A stretch of DNA of 64,000 bases from an uncultured Cyclobacteriaceae bacterium (GTDB taxonomy: Bacteria > Bacteroidota > Bacteroidia > Cytophagales > Cyclobacteriaceae), in the NCBI GenBank assembly GCA_937958005.1, contig CALGOB010000159.1, positions 13,488 to 77,487 on the forward strand. The letters run 5' to 3'. The position numbers and the translations under genes were made by a program. This document shows positions 38,177-48,052 of the stretch, piece by piece; positions within the stretch are counted from its first letter, which is position 1; each line of letters begins with the position of its first letter. The notes under the pieces are model-generated. The model did not search any database, was not told where the DNA came from, and saw only the letters and a program-made list of their open reading frames with translations.

Positions 38177-39427
38177 ATGAAGAATTCTGAAACGAAAGTA
38201 ACTAGCACTGGACTTAATAATTGGTCAGGTATTTACCTAACAAACACAACAAATGAAGGAGGGTACTTTGGATCAATGATCATAAATGACGACTCCAGTA
38301 TAGAAATAGCGGGTGTAGCATTTCCATATAAATTTGATGCAGATAAAAACGTACTCACCTTTACCTCAGTGAAAATTAAAAAAGATACGGTGTCTGCTAA
38401 AGTTACATTTGACAGAGATCCTAGCGGGAACATGGTTTTTGCAGGTACCTTAACGATTGAGGCTAATGGTAAAGCAGAGAATTTTACTGGTAGTGAAATA
38501 GTAGATATACCTCCTGCTAGCCTTCAAAACGCTGTTAATATCAATGAAATGTTTACCACAGGTGACAAGGTTACTATATCGGGATCCAACGATATGTTCA
38601 TGACCATTAAGGATGGGGGTTTCTTGGTATGTGATGCCTCTAAAGAGGAGGCCTTTGAATTTACCATTGAAAAATCAGGTGATTATGTTCATTTAAGTAA
38701 TGCTTCAGGAGCATATGTATCATTAAATACAGACGATATGTATGGAAATGATTTTCCAAAATCAGAAGCAGCTAACTTTTTAATTTTGCTAAACTTAAAT
38801 GGAACAGTGGTATTGTCTACAAAAGAACGGAGTTTATGTATTCTAAACCCAAGCAGTAAGATCATACCAAATTCCATTAGTAGCACTGGTTCAAAAACAT
38901 TAAGCCAATTGCTGGAATTTTCAATTCATGTAACAAACCCTGTAGCATTAAGTATTTCAAGACCAGTCGGAGTAGCTCCTGATTTATCCCCGTGTGAGAT
39001 TGCAACTGGTTCTTTGGCATTTCATGTAACTGGCGGTCTATTTCTGGCGCTCGGTATAGGGCCAATACTATCTGATGGTGAGGTCAGAACTGGAATTGTA
39101 GGGCTATTAAGAAGTAACCCAGTAGCCTGGTCATATGTACAGCAAATTGTAGTGCTTGCCGGTACTAATAAAAAGAAGACTGTTGCTGCAATAGCTGGTT
39201 TAGTTGGAGCATTATATCACCAAGGGTTATTGTGGTCAGTTATGAAACTAATTCTTTCAACAGCGAAATGGTTTGTAATTGGTGAAATACTTGCTAAGGT
39301 GATAGAAATTGCCATAATTCCACAAGCTGAAGCTGTTGAATTGATTTCTTCTATGAGCGTTTGGTACATTCAACTGGGGATTTACGTAAAAGATTATAAG
39401 GACGTTTGTGGAAACAGTGTCAGTTAG
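38177..39427 (+). CDS. Orphan protein: soluble beta-rich N-region plus C-terminal hydrophobic/amphipathic helical region
   Basis: 416 aa with no signal peptide. Residues ~270-400 have Gly/Ala-rich hydrophobic helices (ATGSLAFHVTGGLFLALGIGPIL; VAAIAGLVGALYHQGLLWSVMKLIL; WFVIGEILAKVIEIAII). Confidence 0.7.
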   Translation: MKNSETKVTSTGLNNWSGIYLTNTTNEGGYFGSMIINDDSSIEIAGVAFPYKFDADKNVLTFTSVKIKKDTVSAKVTFDRDPSGNMVFAGTLTIEANGKAENFTGSEIVDIPPASLQNAVNINEMFTTGDKVTISGSNDMFMTIKDGGFLVCDASKEEAFEFTIEKSGDYVHLSNASGAYVSLNTDDMYGNDFPKSEAANFLILLNLNGTVVLSTKERSLCILNPSSKIIPNSISSTGSKTLSQLLEFSIHVTNPVALSISRPVGVAPDLSPCEIATGSLAFHVTGGLFLALGIGPILSDGEVRTGIVGLLRSNPVAWSYVQQIVVLAGTNKKKTVAAIAGLVGALYHQGLLWSVMKLILSTAKWFVIGEILAKVIEIAIIPQAEAVELISSMSVWYIQLGIYVKDYKDVCGNSVS

Positions 39428-39440
39428 TACAACTTGTATG

Positions 39441-39475
39441 AAAAAAGACTTTCTCAATTAAGAAAGTCTTTTTTA
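39441..39475. terminator. Bidirectional terminator between convergent genes
   Basis: AAAAAAGACTTTCT-caatta-AGAAAGTCTTTTTT. Confidence 0.8.
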
Positions 39476-39537
39476 CTCTATTTATATATATGGTTCACAT
39501 TGGGTTTTCCAATGATTCCCTAATTGATTTCTATTGA

Positions 39538-40239
39538 TTAATATCTTCTCCCTCTTCTTTTTCTTTTAGACGAATAATTAAGCCCAAGCCTATTTTTAAC
39601 TTCTCTGATACTTGATTGAAATCTCAAGGCATCAAAAGCCAAGTGAAAATTTTCAGGATCTGAAATATGACTGTAAGCATAAACCATTAATTCTACTTTA
39701 TTATCATCAAATGAAAGGCCATCTAAAAGTTTTACTAACTGTCTAGTAGAAACATAGTTATTTGATAAGTATTGTGTCGCAAAAGCTATTTTCTTGTTAT
39801 CAAAACGTCTTTTTTCAAATCCATAGAAGAAATTTTTAAATCTATTATTGCTTTCATAATGGTTTATAGGCTCATAATAGCTCTGATCATCATATGAATT
39901 ATGGTAGAATTTAGTGATATGAGTTCTATTAACATTCAATTCTCCATACCTGTTTGGGCTAATATTAAAAGATGTTTCATAACCACTTCTTAAATGGATA
40001 GTTTCATAAGTATCACAAACTTGTCCATTGTTGAAGTACTTCACTTTGAGTCTATTCCTTCCAGCAGGAAGGTGATCTAAACTAACATAACTAGCAGGTC
40101 TATAATTTAACTTTTGCCCATTGACATAAAGAATGAATTTACCACCTCTATTTGTTTCAAAGTTTACTTTTGTTTCATAAGCATAACTACTGCTTATCAA
40201 TAATATGCTGGTCATTAATGATAGAAATAATTTTTTCAT
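39538..40239 (-). CDS. Secreted protein, DUF4476-like C-terminal domain
   Basis: Signal peptide. C-terminal ..LSFDDNKVELMVYAYSHISDPENF.. resembles DUF4476 as I recall it. Confidence 0.65.
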   Translation of the reverse strand: MKKLFLSLMTSILLISSSYAYETKVNFETNRGGKFILYVNGQKLNYRPASYVSLDHLPAGRNRLKVKYFNNGQVCDTYETIHLRSGYETSFNISPNRYGELNVNRTHITKFYHNSYDDQSYYEPINHYESNNRFKNFFYGFEKRRFDNKKIAFATQYLSNNYVSTRQLVKLLDGLSFDDNKVELMVYAYSHISDPENFHLAFDALRFQSSIREVKNRLGLNYSSKRKRRGRRY

Positions 40240-40445
40240 AGTTCACATATTTAAAGTTCAACATCTGACTAAGTAAGTGCAATGAGCGTGCCAAAATTGA
40301 ATTTTAAGACTAATTTATTGTATTACAAGCGGTTATGATAGGGTGAGTTTTTAGTGCACATAAAAAAATATTACTTCAGCAACTTTTTATATTGATTGTT
40401 GTCTATTAAATTGAATAATCAAAAAAATCAAAATAAAAACTCACT

Positions 40446-41123
40446 ATGAAAAAGTACTCACTAGTATTGATGCTTTGCCTGTTATCGGTAATAGCATATT
40501 CACAAAAAAAAGAAAACCGTTCTTTAGAAAGTTTCAAGTATTTATCAGTAGGCCAATCAATTGATGTGACCTTAGTAAAAGGGAATGATGAATCTGTATT
40601 GGTTGAAGTTTCTGGAGCTAACTTAGATGATGTTAAAACAGATGTAAGTGGCGGTAAATTAAAAATTCAAATGGGCAGGGGCTCATTTAGAAATGTAAGG
40701 GTAAAAGCAACTGTAACCTATACCAGTATAGAAGGGATTTCAGTTAGTTCGTCTGCAAGTGTTACCACGGAAAATACGATTAAATCAAATGAATTTGACC
40801 TATCAGTAAGTAGTTCAGGTTCCACTAATATAGAGCTGGATGTTGATGAGTTAAGTGCAGAGGTCAGCAGTAGCGGAAAAGCAAAGGTTTCTGGTTCAGC
40901 TTCCAATATAGATGTGAAAGTAAGTAGCTCAGGAAAATTAAATGCTTTTGATTTAAGGTCAAAGGATGCAAGAGTAAAGGCAAATAGCTCTGGAAAAGCA
41001 GAAGTGAATGTAAGCGATTATTTGGATGCGACAGCAAATAGTAGTGGAAAAATAAGGTATAAAGGTTCTCCAGATAAGTTTGATATAGATACAAATAGCT
41101 CAGGGAGCGTCTCTAAATCTTAA
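40446..41123 (+). CDS. Secreted beta-helix-like protein (DUF2807 / head-GIN-domain-like)
   Basis: Signal peptide, with repeated SSSG(K/S)..V.. strands every ~20 aa. Confidence 0.7.
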   Translation: MKKYSLVLMLCLLSVIAYSQKKENRSLESFKYLSVGQSIDVTLVKGNDESVLVEVSGANLDDVKTDVSGGKLKIQMGRGSFRNVRVKATVTYTSIEGISVSSSASVTTENTIKSNEFDLSVSSSGSTNIELDVDELSAEVSSSGKAKVSGSASNIDVKVSSSGKLNAFDLRSKDARVKANSSGKAEVNVSDYLDATANSSGKIRYKGSPDKFDIDTNSSGSVSKS

Positions 41124-41160
41124 AGATTTAGAGAAATCTTAAAATATTTTCAGTATTTAT

Positions 41161-41190
41161 AAACCCAGATTCAATATCTGGGTTTTTCTT
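41161..41190 (+). terminator. Rho-independent terminator
   Basis: ACCCAGAT-tcaat-ATCTGGGT + TTTTT. Confidence 0.8.
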
Positions 41191-41203
41191 TGTGTAAGAT
41201 TTT

Positions 41204-41333
41204 AATCCCTAAGGGATATTAATTCACCGACTCTTGAGTCGATCTTTAAATTATTGCCCATAGATACCCCGTACCCTTCTGCGAGCGCTGTAACTTTCTC
41301 AGCAGAGGCACTGGGTCGGGGTTGGTTCATTTT
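41204..41333 (+). repeat. R1 element copy e (long form, 34-nt extension of the 3' hairpin)
   Basis: ...CCCCGTACCCTT[CTGCGAGCGCTGTAACTTTCTCAGCAGAGGCACT]GGGTCGGGGTTGGTTCATTT. Ends 14 nt before the ATG at 41347. Confidence 0.95.
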
Positions 41334-41346
41334 ATTCAATTTCTAT

Positions 41347-42369
41347 ATGAAAGAATTACTGAGTGGTATCATGATCATATTATTATTAAATTCTTGTGGT
41401 AACAAGAATGAGAATGATCGTGACCGATTTTTTCTGAAAGGAAATATAGCATTAGGAGAAAAGGAATATGATGATGCGAAAGCCTACTATTCCGAAGCTA
41501 TTAAAAAAGATGCAAATTTTGCTCTGGCTTTTAACAATAGAGGGATTGCTCACTTTGATGATGGAGATGAAGTTTCCGCTATTTCAGACTATGGTATGGC
41601 TGTAAGAATTGACCCAGGATTTACTGATGCTTATTTTAATAGGGCCAATGCGCTCATCTCTCTTGCTAGATATAATGAAGCTATAGAAGATTTACAGAAA
41701 GTTGTCAATACCTATCAAGATAGTGCTTATGTACATTTTGCTTTGGGTTTGGCTTATCATGGAATAGGACAAAATTCAAAAGCTAAATTGTCTTTTAATA
41801 AATCAATTTTACTCAAACCTGAAAATGCTGAAAATTATTTGAACATGGCAGTAGTTTACTATCATGATGATAGCTTAAACTTAGCCGATAAAATGTTAGA
41901 AGTAGGTTATGAAAAGGATCCCAGTAATGTTAATTACTACAATATTAAAGGCTTAGTGTTAATCAAAAAAGAACTTTTAAATGAAAGCTTGGACGTGCTA
42001 AATGAAGGGCTTTCTATTGTGCCAGATAATGCTTACCTACTGAATAATAGAGGATATGTTTATTTGCAAATGGATCAGTTGGATAAGGCGGAGAAAGATA
42101 TTAATGAGAGTATTTTACAAAATCCAAATAACCTTTGGGCTTATAGAAATAAAGGGATATTATCTTATAGAAAAGAAGAATATGTGAAAGCACTTCGATT
42201 ATTTAAACGATCTGTAAGTAAGAAAGAATACGTCGACGATTTAAATAGCTATTTAGGTTTGTCCAGTTTGAAAACAGGAGCAACGGATGATGCATGTAAA
42301 TATCTTAAAATGGCTCATGAAAAGGATGAGATTTTAGGAAGTAATGCATATAAAACTCATTGCCTATAA
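41347..42369 (+). CDS. TPR-repeat lipoprotein
   Basis: MKELLSGIMIILLLNSCG lipobox followed by ~8 TPR units. The ORF-track start at 41254 lies inside the R1 repeat and is rejected. Confidence 0.8.
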   Translation: MKELLSGIMIILLLNSCGNKNENDRDRFFLKGNIALGEKEYDDAKAYYSEAIKKDANFALAFNNRGIAHFDDGDEVSAISDYGMAVRIDPGFTDAYFNRANALISLARYNEAIEDLQKVVNTYQDSAYVHFALGLAYHGIGQNSKAKLSFNKSILLKPENAENYLNMAVVYYHDDSLNLADKMLEVGYEKDPSNVNYYNIKGLVLIKKELLNESLDVLNEGLSIVPDNAYLLNNRGYVYLQMDQLDKAEKDINESILQNPNNLWAYRNKGILSYRKEEYVKALRLFKRSVSKKEYVDDLNSYLGLSSLKTGATDDACKYLKMAHEKDEILGSNAYKTHCL

Positions 42370-42376
42370 GAGTTGT

Positions 42377-43129
42377 TTATTTATAACCATTGTCTTGCAT
42401 GATTGATAGTTTATAAATGGATGCCAAATGGCAAAATAATACAACAGGCACTACAAAAGTAGGTAACCAAATAAAAGGAAATGAAAATATGATGGTATTG
42501 GGTAAATCAAAGCAAATCGTTTGAATAGGATAAGGTGTACAAGAAATAGCATGATATACTATATTAATCAATAAGCCTAAGGATAGAATATTCCAGATAA
42601 TAGCACTGATAATACTTTTGCTTCTCAAACCAATTAGGAATATTGCTGCAAACGGGGCAGAAATACCAGCTATTATATCAAAATTATTACCTTCAAAAGT
42701 CAATATAGGATCTATGATGTTTGCTTTGTACAACCACCAAAGTACAAGTTCTACAGGAACCCTGACTATATGAATATAAGTAAGGGTAGATATAGGCATC
42801 TTTTGGATGAATTCTTTACTCTTTTTAAAAATAAAAAGTGAAATAATAATGCCAATTTCAAAGAAGAGGATTACTGGAAGCCGTGGTATGGCAGCGTCAT
42901 AAACAGATAAAAATCCAGTGAAAGAAAGAACAGCGGTAACAAACAGGACAACCATTATAAAAGTTGAAACTACTGTAGGTGTAAAATCCTTTTTGTGGGG
43001 AGAAGCCACTTTAATTGCGTAAAACAAAAAACCAAATGTAGTGATAACAACTGCTATAAACGTAATGGTAATATAAAGTGGGATTACTGCTGAAGGCGTT
43101 ATATTCATTAAGAGGAATAATTGTTTCAT
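42377..43129 (-). CDS. Polytopic membrane protein of unknown function
   Basis: About 8 hydrophobic helices over 250 aa. No family recognised. Confidence 0.7.
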   Translation of the reverse strand: MKQLFLLMNITPSAVIPLYITITFIAVVITTFGFLFYAIKVASPHKKDFTPTVVSTFIMVVLFVTAVLSFTGFLSVYDAAIPRLPVILFFEIGIIISLFIFKKSKEFIQKMPISTLTYIHIVRVPVELVLWWLYKANIIDPILTFEGNNFDIIAGISAPFAAIFLIGLRSKSIISAIIWNILSLGLLINIVYHAISCTPYPIQTICFDLPNTIIFSFPFIWLPTFVVPVVLFCHLASIYKLSIMQDNGYK

Positions 43130-43181
43130 ACAATTTATAAAGTTTTAATTAATTTGTTCTTGATTTTAAAAGTAAATACAC

Positions 43182-43841
43182 TTGATTAATTATAGTTTAA
43201 AGGAATTTGTTGAAGGGTTGAGAGATCAACTAAAAGAAGACTTGCCAGGGAAATTGTCTCATGATAAAATGTCAGCTAAAGCAGTTTCGGGTAAAGGAAT
43301 TAAGTTTAAACCCAAGGGTAGGGTTAAGGCTGGAGCAGTGTTGATTTTATTATTTGAAGAAGGGGATGAAGTTTTTTTTGTATTAACACAACGGCCCAAT
43401 TATAAAGGGACACATGGGGGGCAGGTTTCTTTTCCTGGAGGAAAGCGCGAAGAGTGGGATGTTGATTTAATAGAAACAGCTCTGAGGGAAACAGAAGAAG
43501 AGATCGGTATTAGCAAGTCATCTGTAAAGGTGATTGGCAATTTGAGTGAATATTTTGTTGGTGCAAGTAATCACCTGGTATTACCTGTAGTTGGTTATAT
43601 TGAGCATTCACCTTCATTTTTACCAGATACACATGAAGTAGCTGAGGTTTTAAAAGTACCAATTGCTCATTTATTAAGTCCCAACAGAGTTAAAACTACT
43701 GTTCTAGAAGTAGGTGAAGCTAAGTTTAAGTTACAAGCTCCATATTTTGATTTAAGTGATAAAATCGTATGGGGGGCAACGGCCGGAATGTTAAGTGAAT
43801 TAAAAGATATTTTATTAAATGAAAATAGAAGAAAGGCATAG
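43182..43841 (+). CDS. NUDIX hydrolase (CoA pyrophosphatase-like)
   Basis: Nudix box GGKRE.....ETALRETEEEIGI. TTG start. Confidence 0.8.
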   Translation: MINYSLKEFVEGLRDQLKEDLPGKLSHDKMSAKAVSGKGIKFKPKGRVKAGAVLILLFEEGDEVFFVLTQRPNYKGTHGGQVSFPGGKREEWDVDLIETALRETEEEIGISKSSVKVIGNLSEYFVGASNHLVLPVVGYIEHSPSFLPDTHEVAEVLKVPIAHLLSPNRVKTTVLEVGEAKFKLQAPYFDLSDKIVWGATAGMLSELKDILLNENRRKA

Positions 43842-44463
43842 TGTTTTTCAATTTAAAGCACCCTATTATACGTTAAACGAATTAACAGCTGAGACTAAAA
43901 CTATTTGGTTAGTATGTCATGGCTATGGACAATTATCCCGGTATTTTTTAAGAAGGTTTAACCTGCTTGACCCTCAAGAGAATTTTCTTATTTTCCCACA
44001 AGGGCTATCTAAATTCTATTTAGATTTAAAACATGATAGAGTAGGGGCTACCTGGATGACTAAAGAAGATAGATTAACAGATATTGATAATCAATATGCT
44101 TATTTAGATCATGTTATGTCAGATGCTGTAGGAGCTGATTGGGCAGATAAACCAATTAATTATTTTGGATTTTCACAAGGCGTGTCAACTATTAGCAGAT
44201 ATGCAGCTTATAAAAAAAAGCCTTTCAGTAAAATGATTCTTTGGGGGGGAGGTATTCCCCCGGAACTCAATAAAGAAGATTTTTCTTTTATGAAAGATTC
44301 TTCAAGTGTAGAATTGTTTTTAGGAGATAAAGATGAGTTTTACACAGAAGAGGTTTATTTGCCTCAAGTGAATAAGGCAAAAGATATTATGGGACCCAAT
44401 GTATCATTTACTATTTTTGATGGAGGTCATCAAATTTCACCAAAGTTGATAGCTTCCCTATAA
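43819..44463 (+). CDS. Alpha/beta hydrolase (esterase-like)
   Basis: GFSQG nucleophile elbow and a C-terminal GGH. 23-nt overlap with the NUDIX gene. Confidence 0.7.
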   Translation: MKIEERHSVFQFKAPYYTLNELTAETKTIWLVCHGYGQLSRYFLRRFNLLDPQENFLIFPQGLSKFYLDLKHDRVGATWMTKEDRLTDIDNQYAYLDHVMSDAVGADWADKPINYFGFSQGVSTISRYAAYKKKPFSKMILWGGGIPPELNKEDFSFMKDSSSVELFLGDKDEFYTEEVYLPQVNKAKDIMGPNVSFTIFDGGHQISPKLIASL

Positions 44464-44599
44464 AATGTTCATAATAAGGAATGTATTTCGTTCAATATCG
44501 ACCACTTTAAAGTGAAGGTTGTTTTTATGTGTCTCATAATCAGAAAGTTGATATTGTGGCACTATTTTTAAACTAAAAAGAGAGTTAATTAAATAAACT

Positions 44600-45265
44600 A
44601 TGATAAAAATTCAGGATGTAGATAAATACGTCGACTCCAAATTTCAGCGAGTATTTATTTTGAAAAATATAAACCTCTCAGTAAAAGAAGGAGAGTTCCT
44701 CAGTATCATGGGGCCTAGTGGGTCAGGGAAATCTACCTTATTGAATATCATTGGTATGTTAGATAAACCATCTGCTGGTGAATATTTCTTTTTAGATGAG
44801 CCTGTTCATCGTTTTAGGGAGAGAAAGACGTCGGAGCTTCATAAAAATTATATTGGGTTTGTTTTTCAGGCTTATCACTTGATAGATGAGTTAACCGTAT
44901 ATGAAAACATTGAAACACCACTTTTGTATAGAGGAGTTAAATCTAAAGAGCGTAAAGCGATGGTCGCGGAGATGTTGGATAGATTTAATATGGTTGCCAA
45001 AAAAGATTTGTTTCCTGAACAATTATCAGGTGGTCAACAGCAATTAGTGGGTATAGCAAGGGCTATTATAGGAAGGCCTAAATTATTGTTGGCGGATGAA
45101 CCTACAGGAAATCTGCATACAGAACAAGGAGATGAGATCATGAAGCTTTTCAAAGATCTTAATAAAGAAGGAATGACGATCATCCAAGTAACACATTCTG
45201 AACGAAATTCCACTTTCGGCTCCAGAGTTGTGAAATTAGAAGATGGCGCTATTATTTCACAGTAA
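44600..45265 (+). CDS. ABC transporter ATP-binding protein (MacB/LolD-like)
   Basis: GPSGSGKST, LSGGQQQ and LLLADEPTGNL motifs. Confidence 0.85.
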   Translation: MIKIQDVDKYVDSKFQRVFILKNINLSVKEGEFLSIMGPSGSGKSTLLNIIGMLDKPSAGEYFFLDEPVHRFRERKTSELHKNYIGFVFQAYHLIDELTVYENIETPLLYRGVKSKERKAMVAEMLDRFNMVAKKDLFPEQLSGGQQQLVGIARAIIGRPKLLLADEPTGNLHTEQGDEIMKLFKDLNKEGMTIIQVTHSERNSTFGSRVVKLEDGAIISQ

Positions 45266-45747
45266 ATTTCAAATCGATTTTTTAGAGGTCCCCATTAAAG
45301 AGAAATACATAAAACTTTAGGTCATTGTGTATTTCTCTATTAATTTGTTTTCGTAAGTTAATCTAGCTTGACTAGTTGGATATCAATTGTTGAGCTGGTT
45401 TTATAAATTTCATTAAACCATCCATCCATTGAGAATTCCGTTATTACTAGTAAATTAAATGAAGCTTTTTTTTGAAATTGATGATCATCTAAAAATTGAT
45501 TAAAATGTGATGTGAAATATGTCACCTTTAAAATCAATATTGTATTTATTCTGTTTTTTGTAAAAAAATGATACATTTTTTATTATCTTCCTTGGATGGA
45601 TTAAGATAGTGTTGATACTTATGTAGTTTCAGCCTTTTAGAATTCTTATTTAAACTTGTGTTTTCTTTGCTTATCAAAAGCTTTTAAATCAAAAGGCAAA
45701 TTAAGAATCATCCATTCAAGATTTACTGACAGAAGAAATATTGAAGT

Positions 45748-46353
45748 ATGAAAATCACTCACCTATTAATATTCACACTTGTTGTAGTATTATCGTCCTG
45801 TTTTGGCTACAGAGAATTACCAGTTGAATATGATTACAGTTACAAAGGAAATTTCACAAAGTATAAAACTTATAACTTATTTGATTTGCCAGTGGTAGAT
45901 GGTGATTCTTCAATGAATAATGCAGTAATTGAACGTACAATTGATTGGAGAATGCGGGTTTTAGGTTATAAGCGAACTACCAAGAAACCACATTTACTTA
46001 TTTCTTATAGAATGTTTTTTGATAGCCTAAGATTTAAAGGGTATAGCCAACCAGATATAGAGAACTGGGCACTTCATCAAACAAGAGAAAAAGAGATATA
46101 TCAAAAGGAGGATTTTTCCTTTAAAGATGGCACTTTAGTGATCCAGCTTTATGATAGAAAACAACGTAAATCTATCTGGCAAGGCTATGCGACTAATCAA
46201 TATGGAAGTATTAGATTTGATAATGATAGAAACATAAGAAATGCAGTAGTTTCTATATTAGATAAATACAGATTTGTTGCAGAAGGCTTTTTGGAGAAGA
46301 AAGTACTTATTGATGGTCAACCTGTTTCAAACTCGGCATTGCCTGTTAATTAA
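45748..46353 (+). CDS. Lipoprotein (DUF4136-like)
   Basis: Lipobox VVLSSC, 201 aa. Family call is tentative. Confidence 0.6.
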   Translation: MKITHLLIFTLVVVLSSCFGYRELPVEYDYSYKGNFTKYKTYNLFDLPVVDGDSSMNNAVIERTIDWRMRVLGYKRTTKKPHLLISYRMFFDSLRFKGYSQPDIENWALHQTREKEIYQKEDFSFKDGTLVIQLYDRKQRKSIWQGYATNQYGSIRFDNDRNIRNAVVSILDKYRFVAEGFLEKKVLIDGQPVSNSALPVN

Positions 46354-47127
46354 CCCTGCGCAATAGCTTCATCTTTTAATTTCTTTGCATTTTCTTTGCC
46401 TAGATATTTATCTATCAAGAAATGGCCTAAATAGACTAGTGGGGTTAAGGAGATTGCAACAGCAAATTTGTAGATGTAATTAATACTTCCTACAGCAGCT
46501 ACCTGATCTAGTGGCCATCTGAATGTTTCGGGTGACATAAGGTAAAAAGCAACATATAGAACTACAAAGCTATCTACGAACTGAGAGATTAAAGTAGATC
46601 CTGTAGCTCTTAACCAGATCATTTTATGTCCTGTTAACCTTTTTAATTTGGCAAAGACTAAAGCGTCTAAAAGTTGACCAATTAAAAAGGCAACTAGTGA
46701 ACCAACGATAATACCTATGCCTTGACCAAAGATTCTTGAAAATGCATAGTTAATATTGAATGTACTTCCTTCTACTTTATTAACATCTAACCAAAAATCA
46801 GCTGGAGTCAACCATATAGTAAGAGAGATGATTAAAAAGCAATAGGCGATCAAAATAATGGTGATCGTAGTGATTCTCTTTACTCCTTTAGTCCCAAAAT
46901 ACTCGTTGATAATGTCAGTAGTGATAAATACTACTGGCCAGATCATTACTCCTGCAGTTAAATTGAAATCTAAAATATGGTCTCCAATTATGTTTAAGTT
47001 AGCAGGAGAAAATCCAAAAGACCTTTCTAAAGAAAAAATCTTTACACCTATTAATTCAGCTAATATTGCATTGGTAATAAATAGACTTGTAAGTATTACA
47101 AAAAGATTTCTTTTTTTTTTGTTCCAT
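46350..47127 (-). pseudogene. yhhQ: Queuosine-precursor transporter (YhhQ/DUF165 family) with its 5' end out of frame at an A10 tract
   Basis: The C-terminal 198 aa are an intact ORF (TTDIINEYFG; GQLLDALVF..L; WLRATGSTLISQFVDS). A further 60 in-frame codons encoding TM helices extend upstream with no start codon. ATG at 47127-47125 is +1 out of frame across the A10 run (47111-47120). Confidence 0.65.
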
Positions 47128-47132
47128 TAAAT

Positions 47133-48044
47133 TTAGGTGTTAAAAACTGCACCTTCTATCGCTAATTCGCTATTCTCGAAAACAGTCCTTGCTTCTTCTA
47201 AAATAGGGTTGAGGTCTTTGAAACGTGTTGAAAAATGTCCTAGAATAAGTTTGCCTACGTTTGCATTTTTAGCAAGTTCTGCTGCTTGTTTAGCTGTTGA
47301 ATGGTACGTTAGTGCTGCACGCTCAGACATGTCTTCTGTGAAAGTTGCCTCGTGATAGATCAAATTCACATTGTTTAATAATTCGGAAAGCTCAGGAATG
47401 TATTTAGTGTCAGAACAAAAAGCATAAGCATGAGAAGAGTAAGGGGGTAAGGTAGCTGTTTTCCATTCATACAGTAGTTTTCCACTCATGTCATAAACAT
47501 CACGTTTATTTTTCAACTCATTGATTTGAAGAGGTGTCAATATTTTGGTTACTAAGCGTTTGTTTATTCTCCTTTTTTTAGGTTTTTCTCTAAATAAAAA
47601 ACCTGAACACGGTATCCTGTGATTTAATGGAAAAGTAGTTACTGTAATGTGTTGATCTTCATAAATTTCTTGACTTTCTCCTGGAATCCATTCTGTAAAC
47701 TCTATATCATAAGATAGTGTTGTTGTAGAGTACTTAAGTTGTATCGAAATGATCTCTTTGAGTCCTGGAGGGCCAAATAAGCGGAGCTTTGTTTTTCTTC
47801 CAAACAAGTGAAGCGTAGATAAAAGCCCTATCAATCCGTAGTAATGATCGCCATGCAAATGACTTATGACAATATTATTGATCTTACTGAGTTTGACTTT
47901 GTTCTTTTTCAACAACAGCTGAGTTCCTTCGCCACAATCTATCAAAAAATAAGTATTTTGAACACGCAAAAATTGCGATGTGTGGTTTCGATTATGAGCG
48001 AAGGCTGCAGAGTTGGAACCTAATATTTTAAGTTCAAATGCCAA
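47133..48044 (-). CDS. rnz: Ribonuclease Z
   Basis: HLHGDHYYG metallo-beta-lactamase motif with RNase Z-like length and ends. TTG start. Confidence 0.85.
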   Translation of the reverse strand: MAFELKILGSNSAAFAHNRNHTSQFLRVQNTYFLIDCGEGTQLLLKKNKVKLSKINNIVISHLHGDHYYGLIGLLSTLHLFGRKTKLRLFGPPGLKEIISIQLKYSTTTLSYDIEFTEWIPGESQEIYEDQHITVTTFPLNHRIPCSGFLFREKPKKRRINKRLVTKILTPLQINELKNKRDVYDMSGKLLYEWKTATLPPYSSHAYAFCSDTKYIPELSELLNNVNLIYHEATFTEDMSERAALTYHSTAKQAAELAKNANVGKLILGHFSTRFKDLNPILEEARTVFENSELAIEGAVFNT

Positions 48045-48052
48045 TGGATAAA

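Noticed and set aside
38233-39457. Minus-strand ORFs 38233, 38689, 38877 and 39257
   Set aside because: They are antisense to the continuous 416-aa ORF. They are short and overlap each other's frames.
41254-41346. N-terminal extension of the TPR protein given in the ORF track
   Set aside because: The extension is translated from R1 copy e. A proper lipoprotein signal (MKELLSGIMIILLLNSCG) starts at the ATG at 41347.
45358-45576. 72-aa minus-strand ORF
   Set aside because: AT-rich low-complexity translation in a 480-nt intergenic region. It cannot be supported without homology evidence.
46858-47130. 90-aa plus-strand ORF
   Set aside because: It is antisense to the N-terminal TM-helix-coding part of the YhhQ-family gene, and its translation is low-complexity.
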